64,000 nt of DNA from Penicillus capitatus (Eukaryota > Plantae > Chlorophyta), in NCBI GenBank assembly GCA_965649825.1, contig OZ287695.1, positions 1,539,288 through 1,603,287 on the forward strand. Reading direction: 5' to 3'. The stretch's first letter is position 1. Every line of letters begins with the position of its first letter. The position numbers and the translations under genes were made by a program. The notes beneath the pieces were generated by a model, which saw only the letters and a program-made list of their open reading frames with translations, was not told the DNA's origin and searched no databases. Positions 26,494-39,400 of this stretch are shown piece by piece.

Positions 26494-27313
26494 TTAGGAT
26501 TTCAGCAACGACCGTGTCAGGCTCTCCTTCGCCGAGGCAAATGCTTGAGAGAAGGTCTAGAACACAGAACAGTGTCAGGCATGGATGTCGGGAGGAATGG
26601 TGTGGACTTGTTCTGAGAAATTCAGTTCGAATCCGCCGTCGCTGCCTCGCATGCTGACCCTTGATGCCACTGTCTGGGGATCGATTTCCAGGATCAATCT
26701 GCAAAAGACCACCTGTCACATCATGACGTTCGTGATACGGCCACACACCCGCCGTCCACAATCTCATCCAATGTCAGCAAGACCTGATCGAGGTTCTCCA
26801 ACGCCGTTTTCTTCTCCACTACACCTCTAAGCAGAAAAGCAGACGAATGAATAAAAAGTATGAGAAAGAGTGACCTGAGCAAAAGGTTAACGGCTTCATA
26901 GAATGCATAGAGCACGTTGGACAAAACGAGTTCATTTTCGTCCTGATCTCCTGTCACATAGAAAGTCAAATCTCCAAGCGTCTTGAACACCACCACGTGA
27001 TCATCGAACAGAATAATCTCCGCTGCACGTACAAACATCTTCTGCATGTTCCTTTACACGTCATACCAGTGAACCTTCCCCTCGTGCATTGAATCGGTTG
27101 GTTTTGGTATAAAGGAGCTCTTCAAACTTGCTCTGTTCGGTCACAGTTGACCTACAGAAGTCGTTTGTGTTTTCATTGCCTCGATGAATGGGAGTCTATA
27201 ATGGACCACTCGGGTGAGAAGTATTTCACGACAATGCGTTTTCCTTCGGAATCGAGAACGATTACGTTCTTAACGAGTATAGAAGTGGGGTCGACGTCCT
27301 TTACGCTCGACAT
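26494..27313 (-). CDS. COPZ1: Coatomer zeta subunit
   Basis: [73 protein letters not shown]; five introns. Confidence 0.93.
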
Positions 27314-27406
27314 GTGACCACGGCTTTGGGAGATATAGAGAGCGTCGGTGGAAGGCAAGGGTCACATCATTGGATAGCGCAACGCGATCGATTGGCGTGT
27401 TTAGCG

Positions 27407-29592
27407 ATGCCGCGTTTTCTCCAACGCCTTCATTCGAAGAGCCATCTGTTTTCGCAGGATGAGATCAGCAAAATTCTCCAGCCCGTAGATCCGGTCGTCA
27501 AGCCATTCAGCGGCATCAAGGGTTCACTCTCCGGCCGCCAAAGGGCGAAAGACATCTGGTGTGTTTGTTCTAGTCGTCTTCACGATTGGACCATCCTGTC
27601 ACGACGTCGAAAGCCTTAGTCAAATCCTTAATGCCGGGGCGACGATTGCACGTGTGGACGTTTCGGTAAACCCGCTGTGCATGACTGGGAATGGTCATGA
27701 GATGTGGGTGTAGTGGGGTGATGTATCTTACCACATACGTTCTCTCAAAAATCTGCAGCTGGCAATGAAGAAGACAAAACACATGTGTGCGGTGATGTTG
27801 GATACCAGTGGTCGCGAAATTAAAGTGAAACGTAAAGTGGAACCGACCGAGGATGGATGGTGGACACACAGCGAGGGGTATGAAGTGGATGTGGGCCAAG
27901 AAGTGCATCACACCTGTCACATCATCTTTGTGTGAGATTTTGCCATAGATCACGCTCACGGCACGAGATGTCCAAGCATCATCAAGTGTTCTGCCACTGG
28001 ACTATAAAAAACTCAGCGAAATGGCGCAGCCAGGGGATCATATCTACATCTCTCGTTACCTGCAAACGGGATCCGATTCTTCTGTTTATCTAACAGTCTT
28101 TCTACTGGCCCCCGATCGAACTCGATCATCACACTTGTGGATTTAGGTGAAAGATGTGACGTCGACAGATGTCACGTGTGAGGTGCAGAACAAAGCAGTG
28201 CTTCAAGGACTGTTGACCATTTGGCACATCGAACGCGTTCCGTACGGTCCGATCTCCAACAAACAGAATGAACTGCCGCTTCTGACGGATGAAGACAAGA
28301 AAGCGATCCGCGAACTTGCGGCAGAATTTGAAATCGATTTCATTTCGCTCTCGCACTCGCGAGAGGCCGAAGACATTGACGAGGCCAGAGATTTCATGAA
28401 GAGTGTCGGCAGTCCTTCCACCAAGATCATTGCCAAGGTCGAAACCAAATACGCACTAACCCGTTTCAAAGACATCCTCAACAAAGCGGATGGTCTCATG
28501 ATCAGTCGGGCCAATCTGGGTCTCGACGTCCCTGCCGAAAAAATTGCACTCATTCAGAAGAATATGATTTCGTGGTGCAATCTGTTGGGAAAGCCATGCA
28601 TTGTGACGCGTGTGGTCGATACCATGATTCATTCCCCTCGACCCACACGTGCCGAAGCAACAGACTGTGCAAATATCATCTTGGATGGGGCAGATGGATA
28701 TGTGCTGGGAGCCGAGACATTGAGAGGCAAGTTTCCAGTTGAGACAGTCACGACCGTTTTGGACATCGGCCGAATGGCTGAACAGCAATTCGATCATAAC
28801 AGGCACTATGACTATCTCATGGATGTAAGGAAGGCTGTGCATCAAAGTGTGACTTTTCTGAGATGTGTGATTTGTGTCTAGGAAGCGATCGAGAGTCAAC
28901 AGCAACAAGCACTGCAGTCCGATTCGATGAGCAGATCGGCATCGGAGGCATCGGATATGAAACTTGCGGCAGCATCCACGCCGTCCTATGCAGATTTCTC
29001 AAATGCTGTCCAGGCCATCGCGACGGTGGCCGCGCGTGAGGACAGCGATGAATGGGTGGCGACTCCTATGCGTCAATCGCTCAACACAGGCATCCCCTAT
29101 TTGTCGAAGGTGGAATCGATCGCATCCTCTGCTGTGCGAGCAGCAGTGAAACTTGACGCAAAGCTTTTGGTGGTTTTTACGCATTCTGGTCACACATCAC
29201 ACTTGGTCGCTAAGTACCGACCCAAAATGCCGATCCTCACTCTCGTTGTGCCTCGAATCAAGTCAAATGCACTTACCTGGAAGCTTGAAGGAAGAGAAGT
29301 GGCACGACAGTGTTTACTGGTGCGTGGACTCCTTCCCATGCTGGCAGCCCCGAAGGCCACTGCAAAAGACACCCTCAAAGACGCCATTCTGGCGGCAAAG
29401 ATCAAAGGATTGATCGGAGAAGGGGATCGCGTGGTTGTGGTTCAGCGTATTCACGAGGACTTTGCTCTGAAGATCATGGGAGTGGATGAACTGCTGGTTT
29501 CGCCAGATCCATCACAAAAGCAGAAGAAGATTCCTCACATCGGCCATTTGAGGACTCTGTCCGAAGTCACAGACGTCACAGCCAGACGCTAA
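27407..29592 (+). CDS. PK: Pyruvate kinase, plant cytosolic-type
   Basis: TIGPSCHDV, VMLDTSGREI, FISLSH, IIAKVE, DGLMISRANLG, TRVVDTMIHSPRPTRAEATD, GAETLRG, VESIASSAVRAA, VAKYRP. Confidence 0.95.
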
Positions 29593-29889
29593 TAACCACC
29601 CCCTATATCCTTTTCAAACAACCTCAGTTGATTCTATCCTATTCCCTTCTCAAACGACACAGAATTGAAATTCGACGGTTTCTAAGGCGTGTTGTGTTTT
29701 CTCTTGTCGTTGTCCGGTGTTCCAAACAACAGCAATAGAAACTGCATCTCAATCTATGGTGTTATGATGAGGCAGGATTTTTGTTGTTAGTGTTCCCAAT
29801 CCGCGATGATGTGACGTCTGGCACGTGCACAGAATAGCGACATGAAGCTTATCGATGACCTGTCACATCTTGCGTTCCGCATCTATCGG

Positions 29890-31355
29890 ATGTCAGCCGT
29901 CTATCGGCGCGAAGTGGTCACGCTTCCCTTGGCGGATGCCGTCAAGGAAAAGCTCTTGATTCAAGGATATCGAACTGTGGCGGATCTCGCCTACCGAACA
30001 TCACACGAATTGATCGACGGTGCGTGTATGTGGCATCTGCCGAAGCGCTCGTGGGTCCCCAGAGGTGGGACTGACGACATTAGAGGCTGTGGATGTCCTC
30101 CGCGTCACCACCTCCAGCGACATTGGTCAGATCGTCTTCAGACGAGCAATGGGGGCGATCCGTTGTTTACTTGCAGAGCCCTGTTCTGCAGCCCATCTTC
30201 TGACGATGGAACAGCAAAAGATGCAGAGGATTTCAACATCGTGTGCCGAGTTGGATGCGTTGATGCAGGGAGGTGTACAGACAGGACGTGTCACTGAATT
30301 CTGTAGGGCAGCACAGATTCTCCACAGTTGAGTTCCGTAAAGTGTCATGCGATTAGGTGGAGGACCCGGTATTGGAAAAACGCAGATCGGGTGAGCACCG
30401 GTCCTTTGTATTTCGGTCAACACACCGTCCATGTAATGTGTGACATGGACTGTTGTTATCTAGTATACAGTTATGTGTGAACGCACGTCTCCCTGTTGAA
30501 CAGACAGGTCTCGACGGGGATTCCATTGTCATCGGTAACCGTATCGTGTTTTTGATCGGGTACCGGATTCCTGTTTCTAGATACCGAAGGCAGCTTTTCT
30601 ATAGATCGCCTGGTTGAGATTGCACAAGGAACACTCGATGCTCAGCATCCGACAACTAGGCAGAGCCCACAAGGATCGGTACCGTCATCGCCTTGGCCGT
30701 TCCATCACTTCCTGCACTTTGATTTCCATCACAGGTCCCACATATGACTATAGAGAGTGTCCTCTCGGGCGTTCACTATTTCAGAGTGCACAATCACATC
30801 CAGCAGGTATAGGGTAGAGAGCATGTGTGGAGTATTGTGTCCGTGTGCTGCAGCTGGCGGTGTTTGAGACGCTGCCGAATTTTCTCCAAAAACATCCGCG
30901 TGTGCGGTTGATCATTGTGGACAGCATTTCGTTCCATTTTCGTCAAGGATTCGTTGACATGGGTCACAGGATGCGTGTGCTCAATCGAGTGGCTCAAAAC
31001 TTGATGGAACTAGCAGAGTCGACCCACACTGCCGTAACCAGATCTCCTTGAACGAATGCCGTGTCACTTCTCTGTCGCACTCAGGTCGTTTTCATGAATC
31101 AAGTCACGAAGCGCTTCTATGAGAATAACGAATCGGAGACGATCCCCGTTTTGGGTATTCCAATCGATGGGTTGGTGGCCATTTTCTGATTCATGGAGTA
31201 CTTTAGGGAACTCGTGGGGGCAGTGCACGAACACACAGGTCAGACTCTACTGGAATGCCTCCACCCGATACGCAGGAGTCTACAAAGCACCTGACATGGA
31301 GCGCAGGGCCGTCCCTTTTCAAATCACCAAAGACGGCATACGAAATCTCTCATAG
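29890..31355 (+). CDS. RAD51C: RAD51 paralog C
   Basis: RISTSCAELDALMQGG, Walker A GGPGIGKTQ, DTEGSF, Walker B LIIVDSISFHFRQ, MNQVT, LGNSWG. Confidence 0.9.
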
Positions 31356-31417
31356 ACACAACAGAAGCAGCAATCAGACTCTATCAGCAAAGACAACACG
31401 CTTTCTCTATTTGTCCT

Positions 31418-31839
31418 CTAGTCCTCCTACATTCGACAAAACCGTCATCGCTCTCCTCACAGAAACTGACGCGGACTTTGATGGACGTGTTCGGTTTTTC
31501 AAAGAGGGGCACACAGCAGAATAGCATCCCTAAGGGAAGATCACGTCTGAGGTCGTTCCTGAGAAATGCAGGAGAGATAGCACCGATCATTCCGCCGTTG
31601 AAGAATATCCCTACCACCATGGGATTGTAGCGCAATGGGATTCTTAAGTACTGTCCCACAACAGACTGCGAAATGAAACTCGTCTCTTCTAAATCTGCAC
31701 AGAAAGAACACGTTCTCCTGTCTTCAGCTCAAAGGAGGAACTGACCAAGGAGAAGGTGAATAGCAATGCATCCCACGAGAAAAAGCAGAAAGGAAAAGAA
31801 GGCTCCAAGTTTCAGTAGCAGTGCCTTTCGTGGCGACAT
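31418..31839 (-). CDS. Hypothetical 88-aa two-TM membrane protein (4 exons)
   Basis: Three GT-AG introns of 50-54 nt splice in frame to MSPRKALLLKLGAFFSFLLFLVGCIAIHLLL-DLEETSF...PMVVGIFFNGGMI-GMLFCCVPLFEKPNTSIK-ED*. Confidence 0.6.
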
Positions 31840-31906
31840 GGGCGTCGTCGTTGCACCGCGTTGAGTCATCTCACGCCTCGTTACACTTCAAACGCAATCA
31901 AGCGTT

Positions 31907-33861
31907 ATGATGAAGTCGCAGCGACATGTGCATGACGCGCGATCGGAGTGTCAAGTGATCAACGAACAGCTCATCCGAGAGGGCATTCGGGTAGATGTCT
32001 GACGCGTTCTTTCGATTGCGATCGATGGCATATGGTCTGCACGTTAGATCGATGATGAGGCGACGTCTCTCGAAGAGAAGCGCCAGACGATGGCTTTCGG
32101 GGACATCGAGACACTCAGTCTCAGTTTTCGAAACGTTATCGCCATCGAGTATCTCCATGGGCTGCACGCATTGAAGAAACTGCAATTGGATAACAATCAG
32201 TTATCCGTCATCCAGAATCTCGATGCTTTGGTGCCGTAGCCTCTCAGCAATGCAGGGCACGTCACATCACGAATTGGATAGGTGAATCTTGAGTGGTTGG
32301 ATCTTTCCTTCAACCGAATCGAAAAGATCGACGGACTGGACAGACTCACAAAGCTGACGGATCTATCGCTCTTTGATAACAGAATCAAAAGGATCGAGAA
32401 TATGGATGCTCTGAAGAAACTGCAGATCTTGTCCATCGGTATGCCGAACAACAGAATTTCTACATTTCCTTAAAGGACGAAGCATTCATGCCAGGCAATA
32501 ATCAGATCTCTCATCTGGAGGATGTCGATTATCTGAGGCGATTTAAGGAACTGCGTGTGCTGAGGATCTCAGAGAATCCTTTGTGTCAAGTCTTGTCAAT
32601 GCTATCCACCAAACACAGGGGCGTATGGCTTCCGCATATCAGGTGGAAGGCTATCGAAGCTATTTGTTGTCTCGTTTGGAGAATCTCAAGAGTCTGGACT
32701 ACAAAGCAGTCTATCAGGATGAGATCGATGATGCCAAAGAGCAGCATCAAGTACCGCGGTCCTTTCTTCTTCATCTTCAACATTGCATGATGTGACAGGA
32801 CGATCTGCTCGAAATCGTTGAGAAAGAAGAGAGGGAAGAAGAACGTGAAGCAGCGGAGGAGGAAGAAAGGAAGAACAACGAACAGATGTCCAAAGCAAAT
32901 CTCGCCGATGTCTGCGATCTCTTACAGAACATGGAAAAGAGTGACCCAGATTGGCAGCGACTGGCACACATTCCGGCAGTCAGAGAAGTGTGGAATGAGA
33001 CCAAAGCAAAGTTCGACAGCAGCTCTGAAGACTTCAAGGTTTTGGCTCGGTGATGTGACAGCCACTGTCACATCGATGGACGCTCTAGGTAGCCATCCTA
33101 GAAATGGAAAAGAAGAAAGAAATGGAGACCGATCTCTGGCACGGCTCACTGACTGCCTGCATACAATCCAAAACAGCGCATTGTCGAGATCTGATTGCGT
33201 GCTTTGAAAAGGAGAAGAAGGCTCTTTTGCAGAGAGAAGAGATCCGTCCATTGGATCGCACTTCATCTCTGAAGGCAAAGCTGATGCGACTGAAACAACA
33301 CCTCATCGTGCTCGCGGAAGAGATGCAAGATATTCGATGTCAGTTCCATCAAGAGTACGAAGCAGTTTTAGTGAATCTTAGTGCTGAAAAGACGACCCTC
33401 TACGCGACATTCTTCACTCAGGTTCACTCTCCGAACGGTGGTCGGTCTTTGCTTGCCAACACTGTTGGTGTGACCAGGTCCGCGATCTTATGAATGCATG
33501 CAGTAATGCACTGAATTCTGCTGCATTGGGCGCGTTTGAAAAAGTCCAGTTGGAAGGCGGTTCCGAGAAAGTTCTGCCGGAAGCGGCACAACAAATTCTA
33601 CATGACAGGGATGTCCTGATGGCTGTCCTTCAGAGCAGCCAGGACTACAAAGCCGCTCAAATTGATACTGTCGAAGATGAATGCGTCCGAAAGGAGACAG
33701 CATCCGTAGAACAAATCTCTCGACAGTTATCCCTTGAAGAAAAACGACGTTACAGGAATGCAATCTCCCAAATGTTGGCATATATTGAACGAAACATGAC
33801 AGATGCAGACGACGACCAGTCTGAGCACTCGGCGACACTACAGTCTGCAGACCATGAATGA
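31907..33861 (+). CDS. DRC3: Dynein regulatory complex subunit 3 (LRRC48), LRR plus coiled coil
   Basis: [76 protein letters not shown], then a long coiled-coil C-terminus. Confidence 0.85.
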
Positions 33862-33907
33862 AATACATATCAATCTTGGACGACAACGACGAGGGCGATG
33901 TTGTGAA

Positions 33908-35368
33908 CTAACCACCCACTCTTATCATGGCTCGGTTCTTCTTGTGCTTCAACTCGAACATTCCTGCATGCGCTGCCTTCTTTGTTTTGACGGCTCTGGA
34001 GATCAGTTGCATGAGCTCTAGATCGGTGGCGCCGTCTCGCATGGGATCACGTAGATTGAACTCGTTAGATTCGAAGAGACACACTTTGAGATGCCCATCT
34101 GCCATGAGACGCAATCGATTGCAATCTCCACAGAAGGCGTGTGTCATTGATGTGATGAAGGAAACTGATCCCACGAATTCAGGGATCCGAAAATTCTTTG
34201 CCACCTCTCCTTTGGCATCGTCACATCGAACCAGTCCCTCAGGAAAAGATGCGATCACTCTCTCATACATTTCCCTGTATGTGACCTTAACCCAAAGAGT
34301 CAAGGCATCACTGAAAACGTGGAGATCGGTGTACGGGCTTACCATGGAAGAGCGTGACCATCGATTGCCATCGAATGGCATGTACTCAATGAATCGAACG
34401 TTGATTGGTCTATCCCTTGTCATTTCAACAAAATGGGGGATCTCGTCTTCGTTCTGTCCTTTCATAACCACGACATTCACCTAGACGCAGTCCCCTGTTC
34501 ACAGTGTCTGAGGCGCCATAGTGAAGGACGTGCTTTCAATGGACGGTATCCCATATCCACAGCTTTGTCGATGGCACTAAGGACACGTTTGATTCCGGCG
34601 CGTCGAGTGAAGGTCTCGAATCGATGCGGCTGGAGTGTGTCCAGACTGATATTGAGTGCATTCAATCCTGCAGCTTTTAAATCCGGCAGCTTCTTTTCGA
34701 GGACGATGCCGTTCGTTGTCATCCCCACGGTCTTGACACCGTCCATCGATGCCAGAGATCGCACGATGTCGACAATATCCGATCGAATGGTCGGCTCTCC
34801 TCCAGTCAAACGTATCTTCTCGATGCCACAACGAACAAACAAACGTGCCTGTCCAGCAAACAGATTGAGAAGGCCACCAAGAGAATTGCGAGCACCAGTC
34901 GTTCAATCTCTCCTCTGCTGAGAAGCTTGGACGCAGGTGTTAGATCGACTCCTTCTGCTGGCATGCAATACTTACACCTCAGATTGCATCGCTCCGTTAG
35001 TGATATCCGGAGATAGGTGTGCTTTCTCCTATGCATTCGAAGGCGAAAAGGTGTCTGTCTGTCTGTCGACTGGGAATGAGCTTCGACCTGAATGTGTCTG
35101 TCAGGACATCTTCTATCTTCAGTTGCTCGTGTGGCGCTGCCGGATGCAGGGCGGCATCAACAGACGCATGGACGGCGTTGTTTTTAAAGGCAGAATTGAA
35201 TGCGGCACTATTGGCTCTGAGCATTTCGCCGAGGCGTCGTTCACGTTCCTTTTGGACATTCGTGTCTTCTGCGTTCCACCGAGGGATCGTCGCTTGTGTC
35301 GATAAGACGGTTTGCCATCGGAAAAGAAGAGTCGAATGCCTGACCAACTGACTTCGAAGAGGCATCAT
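33908..35368 (-). CDS. CNX2: GTP 3',8-cyclase (MoaA/CNX2/MOCS1A), radical SAM, Moco biosynthesis
   Basis: [54 protein letters not shown]...VCLF, C-terminal IRVGG*; transit-peptide-like N-terminus. Confidence 0.95.
34481..34533 (-). other. GC-AG intron (53 nt) in CNX2
   Basis: PLK|VNVVVMKG (conserved MoaA KVNxVVM) requires AAA|GCACGT...TCTAG|GTG. The nearby GT gives the wrong phase. Confidence 0.85.
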
Positions 35369-35544
35369 TGGCAGGATACTCCCTGGTTTCGCGTCTTAGG
35401 CTACGGTTAGATTCGCAGTTTAAAGTGCATACGCGATCTTTTGGTAACGTCTTGAAGCAGTTTTTAAGAAAGACGACTACTTGATCGAGAAAAGCTCTAA
35501 AGGCCATTCGTCAATGGACGGGGCAAGTTGCAGAAAAGGTAAAA

Positions 35545-35602
35545 GTGGTGTTGTATCATACGTGTCCTGTCACGTGGTGTTGCATCATACGTGTCCTGTC
35601 AC
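35545..35602. repeat. 29-bp tandem duplication (2 copies, 1 mismatch) upstream of CNX2
   Basis: gtggtgttg(t/c)atcatacgtgtcctgtcac x2; the junction creates CACGTG. Confidence 0.9.
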
Positions 35603-36288
35603 GTCGCCCCGATCGGAGCACAATTGCATCAGCCAAATGCAGAAAGGCTTGTATCCGGCACGCCAGAGAACAAGAATTTACTCACGCATGCATACTAGCT
35701 CTCGATTTTTCACTCTCGATTCTTTCACTCCTGCTCAGTCAGCAAATCATCCACAGATCTTGAAGGCTGATGGATCATCATCTACTGAACTCATTTCATA
35801 CGTTGGTTGATCTGCAGCTATAGACAAACAACATCGGGGTCTAACGAAGAGAGGCATATAGGTGGGCAGGGGGTGAGGTGATCACTATCGACTTGGGATA
35901 TGGGTGATCTCATAGTTTTCGAGCATGTTGTGCCGCATTCTTCACGGCCGTGCTGTGTTCATCATCATCCCAGTCGCAGAAGTATCGATCACCGAATTCA
36001 CCAAGCCCTACGCATGCACTACCACTGTCAACCATCCGATCACGAACGACGAAACAAGGCGGCATCAATAAAGAATTTTTAGCATGGAGGAGAAGCCTTG
36101 TCTATATTGCATAGCGTCCTCTTTCCAAGCTTGGACGAGGCAAAGCATAGCCTGAATGTCAGTTTTATCGCTGTGCAAGGAATGCATTAAGGGCATTGTT
36201 GCCAGTGGCACGTTCAAAAAGAAAAACAAGACTTCTTTAACATCCGAAATTAAAGGGGGATGTGTTTCAATCTCATCATCATTCAAGG

Positions 36289-38108
36289 CTACTCAGAAAA
36301 GTAGCGATCGCCAAACTCGCCAATCCCTAGCACAGAATGCATGGCAGTGAATGAAAGATGATACATCAGTCTTGTATAACAGAGCGTAGAGAACGAGGAT
36401 GGCCAACAGATCTGAGAAAGCAGGAGAGCGATGGTCGGAGGATTACCTGGCACTACACGGAAATTCTCATCCACAGAATCGTCTATTTCAGTCGTTATCA
36501 GTTTAATGGCCGGAAAGTCTGTGCAGATCTTGTGGATCCCTTGAGGCGCGGCAATCAAATTCAGAAACAAAATCTTTGATTCTTCTACCCCCTTCTCTTT
36601 AAGAATCTATAGATCGGATGTCCATCATTCCAGTGGAATCGATACAGGAGGAAGTGCTCACCTCTATGCACCGTGCTGCAGAATTCCCAGTTCCGAGAAT
36701 AGGGTCCATAAGAAACACGTAACGCTCAGCAATATCCTTGGGGAGTTTTTCGTAGATGAGGTCGTAGTCCGTTCCATGCCTATCGTCAAGAAACAGTGTG
36801 TGAAGCAGGAGGAGAATGGAAGAAGGGATCACCGATGAGGTGCTTCTCGACTGCGACGCGTGTTTTCCGTATCCTGTCTATGCACCAATATCTTGCCAAT
36901 TTTGACACTTTTGCAGCATGCTCGCAAGGCATTCTCCATGCTTTCTCCACTTCTGATCACGGATACGCCACAGAGTCTCTTGGCAAACTCGACACCGACA
37001 TACGTCCTGCCCGTTGGTGTCGTGACAGCTTTCTCTTTGAATGGCAGATGACTCAATCCTGCTTCCACTAGCTGATACCACACAGGGGGGACACTTAGAT
37101 GACGTGTTCTGTCTGCCAGGATGGATGTACCAATCGAATGAGTCTGTCAGAGTAGAAAACGAAGTCATTCTTGTCAGTCGTCTGGTCTCGAATAATAGTG
37201 TGTAAGCCCTTTGTTTGAAAATTGGACGGCATTATTTGAAGATTATGATAGATTCGACGGAGATCGTGTTGATTCAATTTCATACGAATATGCTCAGTGA
37301 TCAAGTCAATCGCCACCACGTTATCTCCCCTACACCATCACGAGATCTCACTCTTCTCACATCGATATGTTTGTTTGTGCACCTCTGCCATGGGATGATG
37401 ATGTCTGCGTATTTGCGACTGGGTGCGACGTACTGATCGAAAGAGGGCTTGACGAATTTAGTATATTGGGCAATCACATTATCCACGCATCTGCCTCGGA
37501 GAGAAACATCTCGTTGAATCCGTCGTGCCAAACGCACATCGTCATCCGTATCGACAAAGATCTTCATATTGAGCAACTCGCGAATCTCTGGAATATGCAA
37601 AATCAAGATGCCTTCGATGATGATCACATCCGCCGCTTCCACTCGACGTGTTTCGGCCGCACGTTGGTGCGTCTTGAAATCATAGACAGGAATATCCACA
37701 GATTTTCCATTCTGGACACAACACCCAACCATTGGCACGATTATGGAGCTCTGTACGCATTCTCAGTTCGTGACACGACGCACCTTGATGCTGTGGATGC
37801 AATCCTCGAGCGCCGAAATATCCAATGAACTCGGATCGTCGAAGTTATAATCTACGAGCGAGGGACCTGTAGGGAGAATCGAGGATGGGCCAACGACCTT
37901 GCACATTCTGCAGTTCTTTTTCAGTGAGGCCTCGGTAAAACGAGTCCTGTGATAGAATAACGACACACTGTTCGCGTAGACGCTGCATGATATAGTCGCA
38001 GACGGTTGTCTTCCCCGACGCCGTTCCTCCAGCAACCCCAATAACGAACGAATTCGCGTATAGGGGATGCGTCGTTCCGTTCTCTGCTTGGTGAGGTGGA
38101 CCCATCAT
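36289..38108 (-). CDS. UKL: Uridine kinase-uracil phosphoribosyltransferase fusion (UKL)
   Basis: [37 protein letters not shown], then UPRT part [36 protein letters not shown]. Confidence 0.95.
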
Positions 38109-38306
38109 GAAACTCCACGGAGACAGACAGTGCTGACGCCCTAGGGAAAGTGACGATAGTGGGATGGACGTTCGAACCCACAGACGAATCTGAGACAGGG
38201 ACAGGCACGGATGCAAGATGAAACCGACAAAAGCAAATCCCTTAAACGGATTTGGACCACCTTACTCGAAACGTCGCCGGCTGATGTGACCAGACTTGTA
38301 CAAAGC

Positions 38307-39400
38307 ATGGCGATTCCGTTGCATTTACAGCGCACGCAGGCAGGAGTCACGGTGAATGTGCATCCCGTTGTGCCACTTGTCGTCTGCGATGCTTATATCC
38401 GTCGCACGGGTCACACGCGCGTTCTGGGAACGATCTTGGGGAGCGTGAGTGAGAACACGTATCATGTCACGAGCTGCTTTGTCGTTCCACACACGGAAAC
38501 AAACAGTCAGGTCACAGAAGAGGCAAAGAGGACTGCCCTTGGAACAATGGTTCGTTTTTAGGTATCCATCGACACAAGCCACCATCAGACATTGCTGGAA
38601 CTGCATCTCAAAGTCTATCCCAAAGACACCGTTCTTGGATGGTGATACTAGCGGCATTGCGATGGGATCAATGAGAGATCGTGTCGTTCAGGTTCTCATC
38701 GAACCATTCGCTCCAAGAAGTGGACAGTCTCATTCAAGACTACTATGCGAATCACGTCTCCAATCCGGTAAGATACTACTCGAAGGCGACAAGGGCAGTT
38801 CATGATGTGCGTGGCAATGTAGATTCATCTGTCGGTAGATGCAAGCTTGGAGAGTGTTGAAGATATCCGTGTGACGGCGCATGTGTCGAGATCGCTGCAA
38901 CTGAAAGGCCTTCACGTGGCGACTGAATTTGTCGAAGTCAACTGCCGTGTGAAGATGGATCATGTCGAGAGCCTCGGACGTGCGTGATATCCACAGTCCC
39001 TTTCGCACACTGGTCATGCATTCTCTGTTCAGTGCACTTGCTCCAGAACAAAGTCGTCGAGAGAATCGCAACCGGTCCGCAGAATCTGCTTGACACGTTG
39101 AAGAGACTGACAGATTTGGTCGGTGAGGCAGCCGACTATGTATCCTCCGTGGTGGTAAGTGTCACTGGATGATATGAGGAGTTGATGATGGATGGAATGC
39201 AGGATGGATCCAGAAAGGGCGATTCTGCAATTGGAAGATACCTGGCGGATACGCTTTCAGTCGTTCCTTTCTCTGACAAGGCCGCATTCGAAGCGCTCTT
39301 CCAAGATCGCCTACAGGAGCTTGTCCTTGTCCTCTATCTCGCCAATTTGTCCAAATCACAAATTGCCATAGCCGACAGATTGGCTGCCAAGTCCGTATAG
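38307..39400 (+). CDS. EIF3F: Translation initiation factor eIF3 subunit f (MPN domain)
   Basis: VHPVVPLVVCDAYIRR...RVLGTILG...SCFVVPH...VLGWFS, PIHLSVD, FQDRLQELVLVLYLANLSKSQIAIADRL. Confidence 0.85.
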
